Origin: a plasmid
Sequence record: NZ_CP084927.1
Direction: 5' to 3' (one strand)
DNA length: 27,292 bases
Shown piece by piece: positions 17,122 through 24,019 of this stretch (positions within the stretch are counted from its first letter, which is position 1; every line of letters starts with the position of its first letter). A program made the position numbers and the translations under genes. A model generated the notes under the pieces. The model worked only from the letters and a program-made list of their open reading frames with translations. It did no database searches and had not been told where the DNA came from.

Positions 17122-17396
17122 ATAATTTAGAAAGTAAAATTAAAGATAATGAACGTTTTATTTTGATTATTGTAAATAACACATTTTCTAGTAAGTATAT
17201 AATTTATAAAATTAATTCTTTAGATACAATAAATACACCTTATGAAATAGTAAATTTTAATGATGTTATATATTTTGCTAAGTTCATCAGTTTGATAGCT
17301 ATTCCTGCTATAATTATTTTTCATAATGGGAAAATTGAACATATTCATAGAGGTATCTGTTCTTTAAAGGAATTAGAGGATTTAATGCAAGGATAA
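17118..17396 (+). CDS. 92-aa thioredoxin-fold-like protein lacking a CxxC motif.
   Basis: A beta-alpha-beta pattern with cis-Pro-like IPAIIIFHNGK resembles the thioredoxin C-terminal half. There is no cysteine where CxxC would be. ATGA overlap with the upstream gene. Confidence 0.45.
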   Translation: MNNLESKIKDNERFILIIVNNTFSSKYIIYKINSLDTINTPYEIVNFNDVIYFAKFISLIAIPAIIIFHNGKIEHIHRGICSLKELEDLMQG

Positions 17397-17400
17397 AGAG

Positions 17401-18627
17401 GTGAGAAGATTGAGAAAGGATATTACTCAATTATTAAAAGCTAGTACAACAACGCTTATAAACGCAATGGGTGCAACTATTTTTGTATATTCACTCTCAT
17501 TAAAACTACTAGAAACTACCGGATCTGCATTAGGTTACGGGGTAAATATTTTTATAGGTCCAATTGTAGGTTTGATCTGCTCTCCATTAATAGGTAAAGT
17601 TATCGATAAATATTCAAAAAAAAATATTGCTATTTTATCTGAATGTAGTTTGGTAATTATTTTAATTTTATTTGCAGTAGCTTTCCCATATATACAGAAA
17701 AATTTATTTATTTATTCAATTATCTTTGTATGTCTAGATAATATTTGTGCTAGATTTTTTACAATATCATATTTATCGTCTGCACCAGATATAGTTAGTA
17801 AAGATCAGTTACAACGATTAAATGCCATTCAAACTACTGGAGTTGCAGTAGCTAATATGCTCGCTCTACCGATAGCAGGTTTTATATATGGAATACTGCC
17901 ATTTGAGTATATAATAATTATAGAAATATTTGCTGAAGTACTAACAATACTTTTAACAATAATAACTGAATTTAAAGCAGAAAAGAAATTAGTGAAGGCT
18001 AAAGCTCATAATAATGTTGGTGGATTGAAGATTCTATTTAAGTATAAAAAAGTTTTAGAACTAGTAATAATTGCAATGATTTTGAATTTTTCAATAACTT
18101 CAATTGAGATTGGTATTCCATATACAATTATCCATGTTTTGAAAAAGACATCAGTTGTAAGTGGGAATATTCAAAGTTTATTCTCCATGGGTGTAATTGT
18201 AGGAGGAATATTAATTTCTGCTATTAAATTAAAAAATGTATTGGCCTTCACTCAAAGAATATATACATTATTTACGTGGCTTCTACTAGCTTTTGGAATC
18301 TCATTATATGTATTTACAAAATATACTTTAATAATTTTCATCATATTTGAATTATTACTAGGTATCTTAACAGCAATTGCTGATCCACCATTATTTACAT
18401 ACATTCAAGAAGAAATTCCAAAAGACTATCTAGGAAGAATTAATACTTTTATATATACAATAGTCCAATTACTAACACCAATAGGAGTAGCCGTATATAG
18501 TACGTGTTTTTCTTTTACTAACTATGCTAATGTATATCTCATTAGTGGTGTAATTATCGTAATTTCAATCTCTATAATTAAATATATCCTTGGTAAACGA
18601 TTAATTAATGATTCATCAAGCATATAA
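17401..18627 (+). CDS. MFS transporter with 12 predicted transmembrane segments. Probable exporter or self-immunity pump of the operon.
   Basis: 408 aa, uniformly hydrophobic in 12 segments. MFS motif-like GKVIDKYSKKN after TM2. 4 nt after the previous gene. Confidence 0.8.
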   Translation: MRRLRKDITQLLKASTTTLINAMGATIFVYSLSLKLLETTGSALGYGVNIFIGPIVGLICSPLIGKVIDKYSKKNIAILSECSLVIILILFAVAFPYIQKNLFIYSIIFVCLDNICARFFTISYLSSAPDIVSKDQLQRLNAIQTTGVAVANMLALPIAGFIYGILPFEYIIIIEIFAEVLTILLTIITEFKAEKKLVKAKAHNNVGGLKILFKYKKVLELVIIAMILNFSITSIEIGIPYTIIHVLKKTSVVSGNIQSLFSMGVIVGGILISAIKLKNVLAFTQRIYTLFTWLLLAFGISLYVFTKYTLIIFIIFELLLGILTAIADPPLFTYIQEEIPKDYLGRINTFIYTIVQLLTPIGVAVYSTCFSFTNYANVYLISGVIIVISISIIKYILGKRLINDSSSI

Positions 18628-18635
18628 TAAAAATC

Positions 18636-18683
18636 CCTTATAAACTCAGATTATTGAACAATTCCAAGTTTGTAGGGGATAAT
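18636..18683. terminator. Putative bidirectional terminator between the convergent MFS and immunity genes.
   Basis: Imperfect IR atcccttataaact/agtttgtaggggat with flanking A- and T-runs. Confidence 0.35.
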
Positions 18684-18701
18684 TTTATTGATTTTTTCTT
18701 A

Positions 18702-19199
18702 TTAAAAATTCCATTCCCAAAAAGCATTGCCATTCGCTACAATAAACATTTCTAACCATTTTAGAAAAGTACATTTAAAACACTTATCCATTTCCATGCC
18801 TGGGTAAGTTAAATAATCTTTTTTTTGCTTATAGTGTTTAATATTGATACACATTTCACCATAATCGCGGAAAAGTAGTATAGGAATTAAGTCTTTATCT
18901 ATTGATTCTTGATATCTGTTTAGGATTTCCTGTCCAGAATAAATTTTACAAACAGGTCCGCCTAATTCCATACCTTGGAACTCATCTTCGAATAAATTCA
19001 ATCCATTAGTACAACTTAGTAATTCAATTACTTCATCCGGTAAATTAAGCTTAATAAGTTTATTTGCTACATCATTAGGAATTTTATCAAAAAAAGTTAT
19101 TTTAAAATTAAATACTCCACCAAAATTAGTAACAGGGTATTTCTTATTTCCATTATCTGATATTTCTTTCAACATCGAAATAATACTTTCAGCAGTCAT
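18702..19199 (-). CDS. SUKH-1 (SMI1/KNR4) family immunity protein.
   Basis: 165 aa. LPDEVIELLSCTNGLNLFEDEF matches the SUKH-1 LPxdYkeFL..NGg motif. The middle (IPIL..DYGEMCI) and C-terminus (FLKWLE) are also SUKH-like. Its start overlaps the toxin stop and SD. Confidence 0.65.
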   Translation of the reverse strand: MTAESIISMLKEISDNGNKKYPVTNFGGVFNFKITFFDKIPNDVANKLIKLNLPDEVIELLSCTNGLNLFEDEFQGMELGGPVCKIYSGQEILNRYQESIDKDLIPILLFRDYGEMCINIKHYKQKKDYLTYPGMEMDKCFKCTFLKWLEMFIVANGNAFWEWNF

Positions 19200-19207
19200 A
19201 TGTCCTC

Positions 19208-20107
19208 CTAGTAATTTCTAAACCATGTAGTTATTAATTTGTGTGGGTTAACAGTTATAGACATTAAATTATTAAAATCATTCGTTCCACCATAAATCCT
19301 AGGACGAATATGATGAACTTGATGTTCTAACCAATATTCTTTAGATTGGTTTCCATATGTTTCACTAAATTTCTTTATGAAGTCATGTCTATCTTGAGTA
19401 GACCAATCAGGAGACGCTGGTAATTTAGACCATGTTGTGTTAATGGGGGTTTCAGCATCTTTTTTTGATATTGGATCTACATATTCAGGAAAATTCTGTC
19501 CAATTTTATTTTGTAAATAAATTGAACTCATGCTAATAGGTTTAACTGAAGTTTGCCCATCATAACCTAATAATCCCCATGAACCAGTCACAGCAAAAAA
19601 GGTTGTTTTAGCAGGAAAGTCTGCATATCCAAGTAACCCAGTAGTTATATTCCCTTCCTTGGTTATTACTTTAGATGTTTGAACTGATACAGGGCCCGAT
19701 AATGTTGGCTCTGATAGAAAATTAATTTGTGCAGTAACAGCAGCAGGAGCTTCTCCAACAATAGAATCTATCCAAAAATTAATTCTAAAATTTCCATCAA
19801 CATATTCTTCTGAAGTGTGATATTTTACAGTAGTAGTAGGAACTTCAGCAAATGATACTATTCTGTTAAAAGATGATTGACTATTATTTTGAGAGTAAAT
19901 ACTACCACTATTTAAGTCAGAAATATTATCATTTATATTGTTGTCTTTATATAAATTAGTAGTAATATTTTTATCAATAACTTTATTACTTGCAGATATA
20001 TTATTATTCAGATCATTAACATTATCAGCGTAAGTAATAGAATTATTAAAATAATTAATGCTTACAATAGAAAATACTATTAATAATATTTTCTTCAACC
20101 TATTCAT
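19208..20107 (-). CDS. Sec-secreted toxin with a C-terminal HNH (colicin E9/pyocin-type) DNase domain.
   Basis: Signal peptide MNRLKKILLIVFSIVSINYFNNSITYA|DN. Asn/Ser-rich linker. C-terminus EHQVHHIRPRIYGGTNDFNNLMSITVNPHK aligns with the colicin E9 H-N-H motif HHxxPxxxGGxxxxxNxxxxxxxxH. SD aaggag. Confidence 0.65.
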   Translation of the reverse strand: MNRLKKILLIVFSIVSINYFNNSITYADNVNDLNNNISASNKVIDKNITTNLYKDNNINDNISDLNSGSIYSQNNSQSSFNRIVSFAEVPTTTVKYHTSEEYVDGNFRINFWIDSIVGEAPAAVTAQINFLSEPTLSGPVSVQTSKVITKEGNITTGLLGYADFPAKTTFFAVTGSWGLLGYDGQTSVKPISMSSIYLQNKIGQNFPEYVDPISKKDAETPINTTWSKLPASPDWSTQDRHDFIKKFSETYGNQSKEYWLEHQVHHIRPRIYGGTNDFNNLMSITVNPHKLITTWFRNY

Positions 20108-20205
20108 TTAAAACATCTCCTTATAATGTTGAAACTACTTACACTATAAAGCTATTTCTAAGAAAATCAAGGGTGCTTTTTATAAACTACTAAAATACTA
20201 TAAAA

Positions 20206-20303
20206 AGGCAATGCATCTGCGTTCAGTCGTTGTCTCGTGCTCGTGGTTCCACAGGGTTCCACGTCCCTGTGCGCGAGCCAACTCCCTCACTTGATGCATT
20301 GCC
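20206..20303. repeat. 13-bp perfect inverted repeat (aaggcaatgcatc/gatgcattgcctt) enclosing a 72-bp GC-rich insert. The whole structure is followed, on the minus strand, by a U-run.
   Basis: Direct inspection. GC content is far above the local average. Internal hairpin cacaggg..ccctgtg. Confidence 0.45.
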
Positions 20304-20329
20304 TTTAATTCGTGGTGTAACTCTGGTCT

Positions 20330-21082
20330 TTATGCCACCTGCAGCTTCTGTCCAACTCTCAAAGTCGTATCATACGTTAATCTGTTGATTTTAAGCAGTT
20401 CTTCAATGCTCAACCCATGCTGATATGCCACCAGCCACAGCGTATCGCCAGGTCGTACAACGTATGTATTACTCAAATCTAGCTGAATACCCTGATTACC
20501 TAAAATCTCAGTATAGTAGCCGAGAAAGTCATATGACATCTTAACTTCTAAACCATGCCAATCATTTGTAAAACGCCATGTTCCAACGCCGTCAATACCT
20601 GAATTACAAGCATAATATTTAATTGCCCATAGGTTGCCATAATCGCATTTATCAAAGTTAGTCAGCAGGTTTTCAGTTCTGAATTGTAACCCAGTTCTCT
20701 TATATCCGAACTCTTTTATTACACTTCGAAATGCTCTGATATTCTCTATCGTATCATCATCTACTCTCATACTAGATACATCTAACACTAGAGCAGTCTC
20801 ATCATTTAACTTAGTACTATGTAGATATTCGCCAAAGTGCCACGCTTCTTTTATAGCTTCATCTTTAGACCTGAAATCTGCCTTATGCTTAAAATGATAT
20901 AGCATATTAGCGTGCTGACAGGCGTGTTTTAACTCGAGTTCATGCAGGTTTACCCAGCTAACACCATGAGTAAGCTCAATAACGCAAGCTCTCACGCCTT
21001 TAGCTGCCAGAAATTCAATCTCTTTGGCAGTGAATCTATCTTCTTTCCCTATCTCTGCTAATAGGTTGTAACATCTAACCAT
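20330..21082 (-). CDS. GH25-family muramidase with a C-terminal LysM domain.
   Basis: GH25-like GVRACVIELTHGVSWVN, YHFKH and LVLDVS motifs. C-terminal LysM (YVVRPGDTLWLVAYQHGLSIEELLKINRL...GQKLQV). 8-nt overlap with the upstream gene. Confidence 0.75.
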   Translation of the reverse strand: MVRCYNLLAEIGKEDRFTAKEIEFLAAKGVRACVIELTHGVSWVNLHELELKHACQHANMLYHFKHKADFRSKDEAIKEAWHFGEYLHSTKLNDETALVLDVSSMRVDDDTIENIRAFRSVIKEFGYKRTGLQFRTENLLTNFDKCDYGNLWAIKYYACNSGIDGVGTWRFTNDWHGLEVKMSYDFLGYYTEILGNQGIQLDLSNTYVVRPGDTLWLVAYQHGLSIEELLKINRLTYDTTLRVGQKLQVA

Positions 21083-22136
21083 TCTCGTCCCCCTTACGTT
21101 TACTTTGTTTCTTTTCTCTCTCTTGTTGATATTGGAAAATGGCTTGCTGGTGTTTATTTTTCAAGCGTGTATTGCCATTTGAAATCAGCTTATACAGCCA
21201 GTTAATCTCTCCGTCTAATGCAGTTACAACAGTTGCTAAAGTAGGTCCTATCTGCTTATCAAGCCATGTAATCATTTCATCAACTGTTTTATCTTGCTTT
21301 TTAATCGTTAGTTTTAATGGCTCCACATTTTCGAGTAATCTTTCCCACCATTTCGCCGTTTTCCACCTAGATTTATTACTATCTTTAGAGTTTTTAGGAC
21401 GTTGTACAAAGCGTATATACTGTTGTAACGTCCTTCTAATCACTAGCCCTACATTGCTACACTCAATCATATGTAATGCCAGCATCTTAGCCCTTTCCTT
21501 GCGATAAACAATTTCCAACCTTGTCCATTTTTCCGGAATTTCCTTATCTTCATTTTTTGCCTTGCGTTTTTGCTCCAGTGCCTTATCGTAAATACGGCAG
21601 AAAATATCAGACGTTTGAGAACCAAAATACATTGTCTGTCCTAGTAATTTACCGTCCCCAGTACTTCTACTGTTTAGCTCGTCCCATTTGTTCCAGCGTG
21701 ACGTAAATTCAGACTTTAATGCAGCTCTCCTGATGCGACTAAATTTAATAAGATCGTCCTTAAAGTCATCAATGGCCAAGTCTATACGACTGAGTTTAGC
21801 TTGCTTTTCCAAAGCTACAAGCACATTAATCAATGTATACAGTGATTTCTGACTTTCATACGCTCTGCATCCAGTCCCTGACAATATCACATGTACACCC
21901 ATATGAGTAATGCAAGGCTCATCATCAACTTGGTTAAACAATACAAACAGGTTTCCATTACCCCACTTGGTCTGCGCATTGTAGCCAAATTTTCCTTTAC
22001 TTAGGTCTGCGAAATCTTCTATTTTTAGTTGTAAAATCTTTTCAATAACATCTTCATAACTCAACTGAAAAATCGTAAATTCTAGCCAGTCAATTGATGT
22101 CTGTAATGTCTGCTTAATCGTTGATGTAACAGGCAT
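21075..22136 (-). CDS. Rep_trans-family protein, either a rolling-circle replication initiator or a MOB_T-type relaxase, ~353 aa.
   Basis: Size, composition and TRLEIVYRKERA-type region are consistent with the Rep_trans superfamily. The start is set at the second ATG (MPVTSTIKQ), because the remnant copy at 7598-7606 preserves a GGGAGG SD in front of it. The ORF-track start is 22169. Confidence 0.6.
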   Translation of the reverse strand: MPVTSTIKQTLQTSIDWLEFTIFQLSYEDVIEKILQLKIEDFADLSKGKFGYNAQTKWGNGNLFVLFNQVDDEPCITHMGVHVILSGTGCRAYESQKSLYTLINVLVALEKQAKLSRIDLAIDDFKDDLIKFSRIRRAALKSEFTSRWNKWDELNSRSTGDGKLLGQTMYFGSQTSDIFCRIYDKALEQKRKAKNEDKEIPEKWTRLEIVYRKERAKMLALHMIECSNVGLVIRRTLQQYIRFVQRPKNSKDSNKSRWKTAKWWERLLENVEPLKLTIKKQDKTVDEMITWLDKQIGPTLATVVTALDGEINWLYKLISNGNTRLKNKHQQAIFQYQQEREKKQSKRKGDENG

Positions 22137-22265
22137 CTCTTTTTCCCTAATGTAATAGAATGTATACATATAAATGTATCTTTTTAAGGCGTGCGCAAAT
22201 AAAAAAATAAAAAAAACTTATAAAGCTCATCAACTTAATTACTAAAATAATTTCTCTATTTTTTA

Positions 22266-22359
22266 ACTAGATTAAAATTGCAGTTCTAGCAAATTGTGGT
22301 TCAGCAAGATATTGGGTCGCTACGCTTTTGCTAGAACTCTAGTTAATCTACAACCATGC
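22266..22359 (+). repeat. Repeat B, copy 3, upstream of the intact Rep_trans gene.
   Basis: Carries a perfect 12-bp IR agttctagcaaa/tttgctagaact separated by ~36 bp. Candidate dso/oriT or operator. Confidence 0.8.
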
Positions 22360-22370
22360 AATTTAAAGCA

Positions 22371-22405
22371 TAAAAAAAACAGCGACTCTCAAAAGAGAAC
22401 CGCTG
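22371..22405 (-). terminator. Intrinsic terminator for the minus-strand small-peptide gene.
   Basis: cagcggttctcttttgagagtcgctg followed by tttttttt (minus strand). The paralog at 7317-7352 is on the plus strand. Confidence 0.6.
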
Positions 22406-22442
22406 AAATAACCATCTCCTGCCGGTAACTAGCTTTCAGAAA

Positions 22443-22541
22443 TTAATCTTCTAACCAATTAAGCAGACATTTAATAGCCTTTTTAATTAACTTTTTAACG
22501 TGCTTATTAGGCACGAGGAAAATAACTACAAAGATTTTCAA
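22443..22541 (-). CDS. 32-aa small cationic membrane peptide (MKIFVVIFLVPNKHVKKLIKKAIKCLLNWLED) with a TTG start. Paralog of 7138-7281.
   Basis: SD aggagg inside the hairpin ggaggtatcctc. Conserved at protein level with the copy at 7138. Confidence 0.4.
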   Translation of the reverse strand: MKIFVVIFLVPNKHVKKLIKKAIKCLLNWLED

Positions 22542-22726
22542 AAGAGGATACCTCCTCTCTGTGCGTCTTAAGGTTACCAGCCTTAGCATTGCACATAAAT
22601 AATTCTAACATACCAGTTATTGTGTTATAATTAGTCTTAGGAAAATAATTACACATTGTACAAAGAGTCTAACCAACTCAGAAGTAGTACGACGTCGTTA
22701 ATTGGGAGCGGGATAAAAACCGCTCT

Positions 22727-22830
22727 TTTTTGTTTGTCAGACGCATTCTAAGCAAGCGTTCAAGTTGAATCTGGATAATAAACCATTAAAACCGTTGTAA
22801 ACACGCCTTAGAAACCTTGATTTAATAGCT
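22727..22830 (+). repeat. Repeat A, copy 3 (partial).
   Basis: gtcagacgcattctaagcaagcgttcaagttgaat...gccttagaaaccttgatttaatagctttt. Confidence 0.75.
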
Positions 22831-22916
22831 TTTATTTTATAAGAATGGTTTCTTTTGTTATAATACAAGCGGTTACAATATAACATTTAATAGTCGCTTT
22901 AGAAAGGAGTAAGAAA

Positions 22917-23432
22917 ATGAAAGTAAGTACAAAATTCGTTAGTTTTGTTGTTGCATTTTTAGCGTTTATTTGTGTATCTTTTGCCACTACTTCGGTAAAA
23001 GCTGATACCTATTCAACTAATAAAGAAGTAGTAGTTAATACGCTTTTAGATAATGGATATACTTACAATCAAGCAATAACTATTGCTTCTAGTATGGATA
23101 TCTCATCTACTGAAACTTTAGTTGGCGTAGATATCTTACCAAGAACTGAACGTTCAGTTGCATATACATCCTCTCAAATCCTGTCAAAAAGTGATGTCCG
23201 TCAGATTTTTAATAATATCAATAATGTTAATCTTGCTAGTTCTATACTTGGAGGTATTATCGGTGCGAAAAATCCTATTTTAGGTACCGTTATTGGTTTA
23301 GGTGGATTCCAAAATCCTAATTTTAAAAATGCTATAACTCAAGCATATTATCAAGGTAAAAGAGTAAAAATCGTTTATAAATCAGGTGCTTCCATGTCTT
23401 TGAATACTGTGTCCTATTACGTTATAAACTAA
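22917..23432 (+). CDS. Secreted 171-aa protein with a glycine-rich hydrophobic segment. Unknown function.
   Basis: Signal peptide with cleavage around VKA|DTY. Motif ILGGIIGAKNPILGTVIGLGG. Strong SD aaggag. Confidence 0.55.
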   Translation: MKVSTKFVSFVVAFLAFICVSFATTSVKADTYSTNKEVVVNTLLDNGYTYNQAITIASSMDISSTETLVGVDILPRTERSVAYTSSQILSKSDVRQIFNNINNVNLASSILGGIIGAKNPILGTVIGLGGFQNPNFKNAITQAYYQGKRVKIVYKSGASMSLNTVSYYVIN

Positions 23433-23447
23433 AGAGAAGATAACTCT

Positions 23448-23612
23448 ATGAAATACTTTTGGATTAAAACTTTTTTTGGTTTTTTGGTAGTTGTTGCACT
23501 TTCTGTTAATTACTATCTCCAATCAGGACACACTTGGATTTTTGCTCTTGCAGTAATAATAGAATTGGTAGAAATTCCTTTATTATACTACTATGAAAAG
23601 AAAAAACATTAG
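23448..23612 (+). CDS. 54-aa two-transmembrane small membrane protein immediately downstream of the secreted protein.
   Basis: MKYFWIKTFFGFLVVVALSVNYYLQSGHTWIFALAVIIELVEIPLLYYYEKKKH. It is followed by a strong terminator at 23618-23662. Confidence 0.4.
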   Translation: MKYFWIKTFFGFLVVVALSVNYYLQSGHTWIFALAVIIELVEIPLLYYYEKKKH

Positions 23613-23617
23613 ATTAA

Positions 23618-23662
23618 AAGGCTATAAACGCTATGTAATCAACGTTTATAGCCTTTTTTATT
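23618..23662 (+). terminator. Intrinsic terminator.
   Basis: aaaggctataaacg...cgtttatagccttt followed by a T-run. Confidence 0.7.
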
Positions 23663-23712
23663 TTCCTTGATCCTTTAATTCGCCATTAATTTGATAAAAA
23701 ATTGGAGATTCC

Positions 23713-23741
23713 TTTACAAATATGCTCTTACGTGCTATTAT
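23713..23741 (+). promoter_or_regulatory. Tn916-type tet(M) promoter (TTTACA-17-TATTAT).
   Basis: -35 at 23713-18 and -10 at 23736-41. Context matches the Tn916 region upstream of orf12/tet(M). Confidence 0.45.
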
Positions 23742-23917
23742 TTAAGTGACTATTTAAAAGGAGTTAATAAATATGCGGCAAGGTATTCTTAAATAAACTG
23801 TCAATTTGATAGCGGGAAAAAATAATTAGATGTCCTTTTTTAGGAGGGCTTAGTTTTTTGTACCCAGTTTAAGAATACCTTTATCATGTGATTCTAAAGT
23901 ATCCAGAGAATATCTGT

Positions 23918-24004
23918 ATGCTTTGTATACCTATGGTTATGCATAAAAATCCCAGTGATAAAAGTATTTATCACTGGGATTTTTATGCCCTTTTGGGTTT
24001 TTGA
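23918..24004 (+). CDS. tet(M) leader peptide (Tn916 orf12, MLCIPMVMHKNPSDKSIYHWDFYALLGF) with an embedded attenuator hairpin.
   Basis: 28 codons. Terminator-like aaaatcccagtgata...tatcactgggattttt at 23946-23990 lies inside the leader. This is the classic transcriptional attenuation arrangement. Confidence 0.75.
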   Translation: MLCIPMVMHKNPSDKSIYHWDFYALLGF

Positions 24005-24019
24005 ATGGAGGAAAATCAC

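Noticed and set aside
21139-21706. Plus-strand ORFs 21139-21507 and 21521-21706.
   Set aside because: They are antisense to the well-supported Rep_trans gene. The sequence is Cys/Leu/Ser-rich noise.
24005-24019. ORF-track start of tet(M) at 24005 (MEENH...).
   Set aside because: It overlaps the stop of the 28-codon leader. The canonical Tet(M) N-terminus [17 protein letters not shown] begins at 24020 behind ggagg.
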